The notes under the pieces are model-generated. The model saw nothing but the letters and a program-made list of their open reading frames with translations, ran no database searches and was not told the origin of the DNA. Shown here in pieces: positions 20,792 to 28,964 of a stretch of 43,065 bases of DNA (within the stretch, counting starts at the first letter, position 1; each line of letters opens with the position of its first letter). Source of the stretch: Sphingopyxis sp. Its GTDB lineage: Bacteria > Pseudomonadota > Alphaproteobacteria > Sphingomonadales > Sphingomonadaceae. The DNA is taken from NCBI RefSeq assembly GCF_036402335.1, contig NZ_DASWTD010000411.1:1-43065 (forward strand), read 5' to 3'. Both the position numbers and the translations under genes were made by a program.

Positions 20792-21357
20792 GCCATCTCG
20801 AATGGATCGCAGCGGCGTTCGTGCTGACCAATGTCGCGTTCGTCGCGCTGCGCAGCGTGTGGAACTATCCCTTCGCGCTCGTTGCGGTGACGCTTTATGC
20901 GTTCGTTTTCTTCGAGGCGAAACTCTACAGCGACATGCTGCTTCAGGGCTTCTTCTTTGCGCTCAACCTTTATGGCTGGGCGGCCTGGATGCGCGCGCGC
21001 GATGACAGCGGCGTACCGGTTCGCTGGATGACCGAACGCGCGCGCCGGGGCTGGGCGCTGACGACGGTCGCCGCCTGGGTTGGCTGGAGCTTCGCGATGG
21101 ATCGCTACACCGATGCGATCGCGCCATGGGTCGACGGCGCCATCGCCATGCTCAGTGTTACCGCGCAGTGGTTGCTCGCGCGCCGCCGCGTCGAAAGCTG
21201 GTTCCTCTGGATCCTCGTCGACCTGATCGCCGTGCCGCTCTTCGCCTGGCGCGGTCTTTACGCGACAAGCGCGGTCTATGTCATATTGCTCGGGCTTTCG
21301 ATCGACGGATTTATCCAGTGGCGCCGCGCCGCTGCGACAGGGGGAGCGGTGGCATGA
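20788..21357 (+). CDS. pnuC: Nicotinamide riboside transporter PnuC
   Basis: Multi-TM; YGW..W, AQWLLARRRVESW and WILVD motifs; GTGA overlap with crtB. Confidence 0.88.
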   Translation: MSHLEWIAAAFVLTNVAFVALRSVWNYPFALVAVTLYAFVFFEAKLYSDMLLQGFFFALNLYGWAAWMRARDDSGVPVRWMTERARRGWALTTVAAWVGWSFAMDRYTDAIAPWVDGAIAMLSVTAQWLLARRRVESWFLWILVDLIAVPLFAWRGLYATSAVYVILLGLSIDGFIQWRRAAATGGAVA

Positions 21358-21872
21358 CGCGGCATATCTGCCTTCACGGTGCCGAGAGCACCGGCAAGTC
21401 GACGCTTGCGCCGCGCCTGGCGCTCCAGCTTGGCGGGCTCGTCGTGCCCGAATATGGCCGCACATACGCCGAGGCGAACGGCATCAATCTCGACGAGGTC
21501 GACCTGCTCGCGATTTTCGGCGGCCATGTCGCCGCGACCCGCGAGGCGCTTGCGCAGCGGCCCGAATGGCTTGTCTCGGACACCGATCCGCTGATGACGC
21601 AGGCGTGGGCGATCATGCTTCTTGGTCGCCGCCTGCCCGAAATCGACCTGTGGGACGAGGTCGCCGACCTCTATCTTGTCCCCGCGATGGACCTGCCGTG
21701 GGAGGAGGATGGCACGCGGCTGTTCGGCAGCGAACTCGCGCGGAAGCGGTTCATGGAGGTCGCGATCGGCGAACTCGACCGGCGCAAACTCGAATGGGCA
21801 TGGGTCGAGGGCGAAGGCGATGCGCGGTTGGCGAGTGCATTGGCGGCGATCGCGGCGGCGGGCCTGTCCTGA
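21354..21872 (+). CDS. NadR-like ribosylnicotinamide kinase domain (AAA_28)
   Basis: GAESTGKSTL, VPEYGRTY, SDTD, PWEEDGTR; adjacent to pnuC; no NMNAT domain. Confidence 0.8.
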   Translation: MTRHICLHGAESTGKSTLAPRLALQLGGLVVPEYGRTYAEANGINLDEVDLLAIFGGHVAATREALAQRPEWLVSDTDPLMTQAWAIMLLGRRLPEIDLWDEVADLYLVPAMDLPWEEDGTRLFGSELARKRFMEVAIGELDRRKLEWAWVEGEGDARLASALAAIAAAGLS

Positions 21873-21889
21873 TCGAAATTTGCCTATGC

Positions 21890-22188
21890 GTTTTGGAGGG
21901 TGGGGAGCGGCCGCTGCCCTCTTTGGACATCCCCGGCTGGGTCCGGGATCGGGTTGGCGCAAGGGCCGTGCGATATTTCAAAGTTCAGGAAAGTTCAGCC
22001 TTATGTGCGCCCCGATTTGGAAGTCGCGGGGCGTTGGATGCGCGCGGCACGTCGCATCATGGTCGTACCCGCTAGCCGGGTAGCGACCGCTTTTTGTTTA
22101 CCGAATGAAAGAGCCGGATGAAGGCTGGCACAGCCAAATAATGTAGGAAAGACCTATTTTGGGGCGATGTCTGTTTTGGAGTGGGGAG
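21890..22188. repeat. Structured intergenic element bounded by imperfect direct repeats
   Basis: GTTTTGGAGGGTGGGGAG (21890-21907) and GTTTTGGAGTGGGGAG (22173-22188); internal AAAGTTCAG x2 and three hairpins. Confidence 0.45.
22061..22099 (+). terminator. Rho-independent terminator-like hairpin
   Basis: GGTCGTACCCG-CTAGC-CGGGTAGCGACC (one bulge) followed by GCTTTTTGTTT. Confidence 0.55.
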
Positions 22189-22199
22189 TTGCCGCCATC

Positions 22200-22220
22200 C
22201 CCCTCCCTTTTAGGGAGGGG
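22200..22220. repeat. REP-like palindrome downstream of metA
   Basis: CCCCTCCCT-TTT-AGGGAGGGG, a perfect 9-bp stem. Confidence 0.5.
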
Positions 22221-22254
22221 AGAAGAAAGGGCAGCCCTCGGCCGCTTCAAGCGA

Positions 22255-23181
22255 TCAGGCCACGACCAGAGCGTCACGCTCCCCGATCGATGCGACCTCG
22301 AACGGCGTGGTCTGGTAGATTTCGTTGATCCAGTTCGCGAACAACAGATGCGCGTGGCTGCGCCAGCGGTTCTCCGGCGCGCGCGCGGGATCGTCGGCGG
22401 GAAAATAGCCGATTGGGAGCTGGGTTCCGCCGTCGCGATGATATTCGGCCGCCAGCGTGCCGGTATCATATTCGAGGTGATTGAACATATGCAGGGTCCG
22501 GCGCGCCCGATCATAGACGAGGCCCGCGCCCCCCTCTTCGCTGCCCGCCAGAATCTGCAGTCCGTTCGCCTCTGTGAGCGCGTCGGGGCAGACTTCCGTC
22601 CAGCGCGACACGGGAATATCGAACCTGTCTGAAAAGCCCCGCAGATAGGGCGAGGCGGGCGCAAGATTTGCATGGGGGAATATGCCGAAAGCCTTTTGGG
22701 GCAAGTCGAGTTTGGGAATGCCGTGGAAATGGAAAAGAGCGGCCTGCGCGGCCCAGCAGATCGTGAAGCAGCGATGGACGTGCGTCTGCGTCCAATCGAG
22801 GATCGCGCGCAGTTCGGGCCAGTATCGGACCTCGTCATAGGGAAGCCGTTCAACCGGCGCCCCGGTGATGATGAAGCCGTCGAACTTTTCGGTACGGACA
22901 TCGCTCCAAGGCCGATAAAAGGTCGCCATATGGTCGGCCGACGTGTTGCGGGCGACATGATCGGTCATCCGCACAAGCGTCAACTCGATCTGGAGCGGCG
23001 TCGCTCCGAGTAGCCGGGCGAGCTGCGTTTCGGTGCTGATCTTGTCCGGCATCAGGTTGAGCAGGGCGATCCGCAAAGGCCTGACATCCTGTCGCACCGC
23101 GTCGACTTCGCGCATGACCATCACGCCCTCGGCCTCGAGAATATGTCGGGCGGGAAGTTGATCGGGTATTTTTATCGGCAC
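22255..23181 (-). CDS. metA: Homoserine O-acyltransferase, MetA family (probably acetyl-specific)
   Basis: GTG start MPIKIP; LLNLMPDKISTETQ, ITGAPVE, ICWAAQA (catalytic Cys), HLEYD, WRSHAHLLFANWIN. Confidence 0.95.
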   Translation of the reverse strand: MPIKIPDQLPARHILEAEGVMVMREVDAVRQDVRPLRIALLNLMPDKISTETQLARLLGATPLQIELTLVRMTDHVARNTSADHMATFYRPWSDVRTEKFDGFIITGAPVERLPYDEVRYWPELRAILDWTQTHVHRCFTICWAAQAALFHFHGIPKLDLPQKAFGIFPHANLAPASPYLRGFSDRFDIPVSRWTEVCPDALTEANGLQILAGSEEGGAGLVYDRARRTLHMFNHLEYDTGTLAAEYHRDGGTQLPIGYFPADDPARAPENRWRSHAHLLFANWINEIYQTTPFEVASIGERDALVVA

Positions 23182-23204
23182 GAAACGTCGTTCCCTCTTT
23201 ACGG

Positions 23205-23323
23205 TTCGACGCTGCATGGCTTGGTCCGCTTGGTTGCCGGCTCGGCCACATCCTCCTTGCGGAGCGCCACCTTGCCCGGATCGGCAGGTTGGCGTTGGGC
23301 GTCGACCCAACTCTTGATGCTGA
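23205..23323 (-). ncRNA. SAM-I/IV-variant riboswitch upstream of metA
   Basis: Minus strand CAGCAUCAAGAG-UUGGG(UCGACG)CCCAA-CGCCAACC..GGUGGCG-CUCC(GCAA)GGAG-GAUGUGG. The loop UCGACG is complementary to a downstream CGUCGA (23206-23211), giving a pseudoknot. Confidence 0.8.
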
Positions 23324-23417
23324 TATTCTCTTACGTCGCCGCGCCGGTCTACGCAACAGCCGGTTTCGGCCGATCGAGGCGTGGAATCCGCAACCGGTCG
23401 AAAGTGACGCTTCGAAG

Positions 23418-24950
23418 CTAGCGGATGTGGGCGTCGCGCAATTCGCGCTTCAGCACCTTGCCGATCGGGCTGCGCGGCAACTCGTCTACTTGCCTGATCG
23501 CGCTCAGCCGCTGCGTCTTGCCGACCTTGGCATTGCAGTCGGCGCGTACCGCCTCGGCATCGGCGCCGGGTTGCAGCACGACGAAGGCGACCGGCGTCTC
23601 GCCCCATTCCTCGCTCGGCATGCCGACCACGGCCGCCTCGACGACACGCTCGTCCGCAATCAGGATCGCTTCGAGGTCGCTCGGAAAAATGTTGAACCCG
23701 CCCGAGATGATCATGTCCTTGGCGCGGTCCATCAAGGTCAGGAAGCCGTCCTCGTCGATGCGACCGATATCACCGTGGCGGTAGAAGAGATTTCCATCGG
23801 CATCGTACCAGTGCATCGCCCTGGTCGCGTCGGGGCGGTTGTTATATCCCGTCATCATCGCGGGGCTGCGGCCGACGACTTCGCCGACCGATCCCTGCGG
23901 CAGTTCGTTGCCGTCCTCGTCGATCACCTTCGCGATATGCCCCGGCGCGGGCTTGCCCACCGTGTGGAGCTTGTCGGGGAATTGGTGCGCCTCGAGGATG
24001 AAGGCGGCGCCGCCCTCGGTCATGCCATAGATTTCGACGAGCCCGCCGGGCCAGCGCTGCAGCACATCGGCCTTGAGCGCGGCGGGGAACGGCGCCGAGG
24101 TGCAATATTTGACGACGAAGCTGGAGAGGTCGAAGTCGCCGAAATCCTCGAGCGCCATGATGCGGCGGTACTGCACGGGCACCAGCATCGTGTTCGTCGC
24201 GCGCTCGCGCGCCGCGAGTTCGAGGAAACCGCGCGCGTCGAATTTCTTCATCAGCACGACCTGTCCGCCCGATCCAACGGTCGGCATGAAGCTCGCCATC
24301 GTCGTGTTCGAATAGAGCGGGGTCGACAGGATCGTCACCGCATTGGGGCCATAAGCGGGGGCGCCGCGGATGATGTGCTGCCAGCGCATCGCGTGGCTGT
24401 GGACGATGCCCTTTGGCGTGCCCGTCGTTCCCGACGAATAGATGATGTTGAAGCCGTCTTCGGGCAGGATGTCGACCGGTGCCGGCCTCTCTCCCGCCAG
24501 CGACAGCCAGGCGTCGAGCGGGGTCCCAGCGTCGCTGCCGTCCATTGCGATCAGGTCGCTCGCGGTAATGACATGCCCCTCCAGGCTTGCCCTGGCGGCG
24601 CTGTCGAGGAACAGGTGGCGCGCGCCGGTATCGGCGATCATCGCCGCCATCTGCTCGCCCGTCGCGCTGTTGGTGACGAGTCCAGCGACCCCGCCGGCGC
24701 GCAGCGTGCCGAGGATCACCGCCATCTGCTCGACGCTGTTGAGGCCGGCGATCGCGGTGCGGTCGCCTTTTGCGAATCCGTCCTGCTGCAACCGGGCGGC
24801 GATTCGGTCGGTCAATTGATCCAGTTCGGACCAGCTCAGCCGCCGCTGTGCGTCCGCAGCCGCTACGGCATCGGGACGCTCCGCGGCATGGGCACGGACA
24901 AGATCGGGCAGGGTGGCGAAGTCGCTGTCGAGCATTTCGATACTGGTCAT
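23418..24950 (-). CDS. Class I adenylate-forming enzyme (acyl-CoA ligase)
   Basis: YSSGTTGTPKG, YGMTEG, HGDIG, DRAKDMIISGG, PRSPIGK. Confidence 0.92.
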   Translation of the reverse strand: MTSIEMLDSDFATLPDLVRAHAAERPDAVAAADAQRRLSWSELDQLTDRIAARLQQDGFAKGDRTAIAGLNSVEQMAVILGTLRAGGVAGLVTNSATGEQMAAMIADTGARHLFLDSAARASLEGHVITASDLIAMDGSDAGTPLDAWLSLAGERPAPVDILPEDGFNIIYSSGTTGTPKGIVHSHAMRWQHIIRGAPAYGPNAVTILSTPLYSNTTMASFMPTVGSGGQVVLMKKFDARGFLELAARERATNTMLVPVQYRRIMALEDFGDFDLSSFVVKYCTSAPFPAALKADVLQRWPGGLVEIYGMTEGGAAFILEAHQFPDKLHTVGKPAPGHIAKVIDEDGNELPQGSVGEVVGRSPAMMTGYNNRPDATRAMHWYDADGNLFYRHGDIGRIDEDGFLTLMDRAKDMIISGGFNIFPSDLEAILIADERVVEAAVVGMPSEEWGETPVAFVVLQPGADAEAVRADCNAKVGKTQRLSAIRQVDELPRSPIGKVLKRELRDAHIR

Positions 24951-25038
24951 GGCCTATGGACTAGCACAGCCGAAAGGCGGTGCAATGCCGGTGGGGCGGC
25001 GGGGTGACAGGATGTTGCGTCGACGACGGGGGGTGCGG

Positions 25039-25752
25039 ATGGCATCATCGGATATTGCGGAAGCAGGCGACAGGAAGTTGCTGGTTGCCATCTATCATCC
25101 CGTGGCGCCGCGCGCCGAGCGGCTGCGCGACGCCATCGAGGCTGCGGGGTACAAGGCGTATATATTGCCGCCGCATGCGAATGGTCTTCGGCCCTGGATC
25201 GATATCTGCTTCAACCTGTTGCTGATCAATCCCTTCCTCGACTGGCAAGAGCCGTTCGAGTTCGTCCGGTTGGCATCGACGCTGGCCGGACGGCGACCGG
25301 TCATCGTCGTGTCGGATCGCGCCTCGGCCGACGATCGCCTGGTCGCGCTGGAGGCGGGCGCCGACGATGCCGTCGGCTGGACCGACAATCTGCCCGAAGT
25401 GCTGGCGCGCGTTGCCGGTCTGCTGCGGCGCAGCCGTGTCGCCGCCGGCCAGCTCGGCGAGGGCGAATTGCGGATCGACCTGATCGACCGGCGCGTCGAG
25501 CGCGCCGGGCGGCTCATCCGCCTTCCGCTGCGCGAATTCGACCTGCTCGCCAATCTCGCGCGCGTTCCCGACCGGCCGCTTTCGCGCGGCGCGCTCCTGA
25601 AAGCAGTGTGGCGGCTCGATTTCGACCCCGGAACCAACCGGGTCGAGGTGCATATGTCGCGGCTGCGCGCGAAGGTCGACCGCGGCTTTGACTGGCCGAT
25701 GCTCCGCACGGTGAAAGGACAGGGCTACACGCTGCGCTCGCGGCCGGAATAG
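25039..25752 (+). CDS. OmpR/PhoB-type response regulator with an atypical receiver domain
   Basis: C-terminal wHTH (REFDLL..VEVHMSRLRAKVD..TVKGQGY); ALEAGADD; the phospho-Asp position reads LLLIN. Confidence 0.85.
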   Translation: MASSDIAEAGDRKLLVAIYHPVAPRAERLRDAIEAAGYKAYILPPHANGLRPWIDICFNLLLINPFLDWQEPFEFVRLASTLAGRRPVIVVSDRASADDRLVALEAGADDAVGWTDNLPEVLARVAGLLRRSRVAAGQLGEGELRIDLIDRRVERAGRLIRLPLREFDLLANLARVPDRPLSRGALLKAVWRLDFDPGTNRVEVHMSRLRAKVDRGFDWPMLRTVKGQGYTLRSRPE

Positions 25753-25824
25753 CCCGGCATCGCCCGATCTTGCGGCGCAATTTGCCGCTTCTTGATCGCG
25801 AACCTGTCATCGGTCCCAGCTTGC

Positions 25825-25852
25825 TTGACCGAAAGTTTCAGGTTGCTACTGA
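25825..25852 (+). promoter_or_regulatory. Putative promoter of the acyl-CoA synthetase operon
   Basis: TTGACC-16-TACTGA (GCTA core) upstream of 25896. Confidence 0.4.
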
Positions 25853-25895
25853 TCTTCGACATAAAGAAAGCAACGATTCCCGGAGATGATGCCCG

Positions 25896-27428
25896 ATGCA
25901 CCCCTCAGTCCACGCCCGCGCCAACCCGAACAAAGCCGCGATCATCGTCGCCGAGACGGGGGAAGCGATCAGCTATGGCGAACTCGACGCCGCATCGAAT
26001 CGCGCGGCGCAGCTCTTTCGTGCGCACGGGCTGGGGCATGAGGATGTCGTCGCGTTCATGCTCGACAACACGCCGCATTATTACGGTCTCACCTGGGGCG
26101 CACAGCGCGCGGGGCTGCGTTACGTCTGCATTTCGTCGCGGCTGACGCAGGACGAAACCGATTATATCCTCGAAAATTCGGGCGCACAGATACTGATCGT
26201 CTCGGCGAGCCTCGCAGGCGCCGCGCAGGAGCTGACCACCCGTATCAAGCGCTTCGCCATGGGCGGAAATATCCCGGGCTATGAAAGCTGGGAGGATGCC
26301 GTCGCCGCGATGCCCGCGACGCCCGTCGCCGACGAGCGCGCCGGGGTCGACATGCTCTATTCGTCCGGGACTACCGGCCGGCCCAAGGGCGTGCGCGTAC
26401 CACTCCCCGAAGATCCGGCGATCGACGCGGCGAACAGCCTCGTCATGCTCGCCTCGGCGGTGTTCCAGATCAACGCCGACAGCATCTATCTGTCCCCGGC
26501 ACCGCTCTATCACGCCGCGCCGCTGCGCTGGTCGATGACGATCCACCGCCTTGGCGGCACCGTCGTCCTGATGAAGAAATTCGACCCCGAAGCCGCGCTG
26601 TCGCACATCGAAAAATATCGCGTGAACAGCAGCCAGTGGGTGCCGACGCATTTCGTGCGCATGCTCAAGCTGCCCGACGATGCGCGTAGCCGGTACGACA
26701 CCTCGTCGCTCAAGGTCGCGATCCACGCCGCGGCGCCGTGCCCGGTGCCGGTCAAGCAGGCGATGATCGACTGGTGGGGGCCAGTGCTCTTCGAATATTA
26801 TGCCGGGTCCGAAGGCAATGGCATGACCTTTATCTCCAGCGCCGACTGGCTGACGCACAAGGGGAGTGTCGGCCGGCCGATCCTCGGCGCGATCCACATC
26901 ATGGGCGAGGATAATGAAACCGAGCTCGGTGCGAACGAAGAAGGCGCGGTGTTCTTCGAAAGCGAAAATGTCTTCGAATATCATGGAGATAACGAAAAGA
27001 CGGCGTCGAGCCGCAACAGCAGAGGCTGGTCCACCCTGGGCGATGTCGGCAAGGTCGACGACGAAGGCTTCCTCTATCTGACCGACCGCAAGAGCTTCAT
27101 GATCATCTCGGGCGGGGTGAACATCTACCCGCAGGAAATCGAGAATCATCTCGTCACCCATCCCAAGGTCGCCGACGTCGCGGTCGTGGGCGGCCCGCAC
27201 GACGAAATGGGCGAGGAAGTGATCGCGGTGATCCAGCCTGCCGATATGGCCGACGCGACCGAGGCGTTCCGCGACGAGCTGATCGCGTACGCGCGCGAGA
27301 AATTGTCCGGCGTGAAAATCCCGCGCCGCATCGACTTCCTCGAAGCGCTGCCGCGGCACGACACGGGCAAGCTCTACAAGCGCCTGCTGCGCGACCAATA
27401 TTGGGAAAAGGCGAAGGCGGAGGCTTGA
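25896..27428 (+). CDS. Acyl-CoA synthetase (AMP-forming)
   Basis: YSSGTTGRPKG, APLYHAAP, YYAGSE, LGDVG, DRKSFMIISGG, PRHDTGK. Confidence 0.92.
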   Translation: MHPSVHARANPNKAAIIVAETGEAISYGELDAASNRAAQLFRAHGLGHEDVVAFMLDNTPHYYGLTWGAQRAGLRYVCISSRLTQDETDYILENSGAQILIVSASLAGAAQELTTRIKRFAMGGNIPGYESWEDAVAAMPATPVADERAGVDMLYSSGTTGRPKGVRVPLPEDPAIDAANSLVMLASAVFQINADSIYLSPAPLYHAAPLRWSMTIHRLGGTVVLMKKFDPEAALSHIEKYRVNSSQWVPTHFVRMLKLPDDARSRYDTSSLKVAIHAAAPCPVPVKQAMIDWWGPVLFEYYAGSEGNGMTFISSADWLTHKGSVGRPILGAIHIMGEDNETELGANEEGAVFFESENVFEYHGDNEKTASSRNSRGWSTLGDVGKVDDEGFLYLTDRKSFMIISGGVNIYPQEIENHLVTHPKVADVAVVGGPHDEMGEEVIAVIQPADMADATEAFRDELIAYAREKLSGVKIPRRIDFLEALPRHDTGKLYKRLLRDQYWEKAKAEA

Positions 27429-27432
27429 TCCC

Positions 27433-28041
27433 ATGACCGCCCGCGTCGAATTCTTTTTCGACCTCTCTTCGCCGTGGACCTGCCTTGCGTTCCACAATTT
27501 GCCAGGCGTGCTCGAACGAACCGGCGCGACGGCTGTGTACCGGCCGATCCTTGTCGGCGGGGTGTTCAATGCGGTGAATCCCGCTGTTTATGCAGCGCGT
27601 GAGCAGGCCGATAACCGGCGGCTTCTGCATAGCTGGAAAGTGCTGAAAGACTGGGCGCGGCTCGCGGGGGTGCCGATGAATTTCCCCTCGCAGTGGCACC
27701 CCGCGAAGAGCATCGCCGCGATGCGCTTCTGCTGCGCACTCGAGGAGGATCAGGCGGCGCTCGTCCGTTTCGCGCGCGACGCCTTCGCGAGCTATTTCGA
27801 CCGGCAGGAAAATCTCGACGACCCCGCAGTGCTCGCCGCGGTTGCCGATGCCGGGGGGCTGGACGGGGCCGCGCTCGCTGCCGCGGCGGGCAGCGATGCG
27901 GTCAAGACGCGGCTGCGTGCGAATACCGACGAGGTCATCGCGCGCGGCGGCTATGGTTCGCCAACGATCTTCGTCGATGGCGACGACATGTATTTCGGCA
28001 ACGACCAGCTCCCGCTCGTCGAAGCCGCCCTGAAACGCTGA
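27433..28041 (+). CDS. 2-hydroxychromene-2-carboxylate isomerase / DsbA-like (kappa GST) protein
   Basis: FFFDLSSPW, GGYGSPTIFV, FGNDQL. Confidence 0.88.
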   Translation: MTARVEFFFDLSSPWTCLAFHNLPGVLERTGATAVYRPILVGGVFNAVNPAVYAAREQADNRRLLHSWKVLKDWARLAGVPMNFPSQWHPAKSIAAMRFCCALEEDQAALVRFARDAFASYFDRQENLDDPAVLAAVADAGGLDGAALAAAAGSDAVKTRLRANTDEVIARGGYGSPTIFVDGDDMYFGNDQLPLVEAALKR

Positions 28042-28054
28042 AAAGGATTCCTGC

Positions 28055-28858
28055 GTGAAAGACCGTATTTCGATCACCATGCTCGATGGCGGTATCGCCG
28101 ACGTCCGGCTGATCCGCGCTGACAAGATGAATGCGCTCGATCCGGCGATGTGGAACGCGCTGGCGGAAGCAATCGATCAGCTCAAGGCAACCACAGGCCT
28201 TCGCGTTGTCGTCCTGTCGGGTGAGGGGCGCGCCTGCTGCGCGGGCCTTGATCTTTCGAGCCTCAGCAATGATCGTGATCCGGGGGCGAGCAGCGCGGGC
28301 GGCACCTTGTCCGACCGGACGCGGGGCATCGCCAACAATGCGCAATATGCCGCATGGGGGTGGCGCGAAATCCCGGTTCCGGTGATCGCGGCGGTACATG
28401 GGGTCGCGTTCGGGGCGGGGAGCCAGATCATGGCGGCGGCCGACATCCGCATCGTCCATCCCGATACGCGCATCGCGATCATGGAAATGCGCTGGGGTCT
28501 CGTCCCCGACGTCGCAGGCATGGCGCTGTGGCGCACGCAGGTCGCCGACGATGTGCTGCGCGAACTGATTTACACCAATCGCGAATTCAACGGGTCGGAG
28601 GCGAAGCTGCTGGGTTTTGCGACGCATGTGTCGGACGATCCGCTCGCCAAGGCAATGGAACTGGCGGAGGTGATCGCCGACAAGAATCCGCACGCGATCC
28701 GCGGCGCGAAGCGGTTGTGCAATATGCTCGCCGACGCGAGCGACGCCGAAATTTTGCAGGCCGAAAGCGACGAACAGGTGAAGGTCATCCGCACTCCGAA
28801 CCAGATGGAAGCGGTGATGGCCGGCATGCAGAAGCGGAAACCGAACTTCGTCGATTGA
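28055..28858 (+). CDS. Crotonase/enoyl-CoA hydratase family protein
   Basis: DKMNAL, CAGLD, PVIAAVHGVAFGAG, MEMRWGLVPD. Confidence 0.92.
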   Translation: MKDRISITMLDGGIADVRLIRADKMNALDPAMWNALAEAIDQLKATTGLRVVVLSGEGRACCAGLDLSSLSNDRDPGASSAGGTLSDRTRGIANNAQYAAWGWREIPVPVIAAVHGVAFGAGSQIMAAADIRIVHPDTRIAIMEMRWGLVPDVAGMALWRTQVADDVLRELIYTNREFNGSEAKLLGFATHVSDDPLAKAMELAEVIADKNPHAIRGAKRLCNMLADASDAEILQAESDEQVKVIRTPNQMEAVMAGMQKRKPNFVD

Positions 28859-28872
28859 CCATCGCTCGATAT

Positions 28873-28954
28873 CCGTTCGTGTCGAGCGAAGTCGAGACAC
28901 CCGTCGAGATGGCGCCAAGCCGATGGGCATCTCGACTTCGCTCGATGCAAACGG
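28873..28954. repeat. Long palindromic REP/IRU-like element between convergent genes
   Basis: Arms CCGTTCGTGTCGAGCGAAGTCGAGA and TCTCGACTTCGCTCGATGCAAACGG; the 16-bp core TCGAGCGAAGTCGAGA is perfectly inverted. Confidence 0.75.
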
Positions 28955-28964
28955 GTTTCGCGAG

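Noticed and set aside
17228-28250. Odd residues at usually aromatic positions (CrtY EDTCY, CrtI FDSSN, crotonase RACCAG)
   Set aside because: These could be natural variation or base-call errors. The ORFs are intact and catalytic residues are retained; this cannot be judged without alignments or reads.
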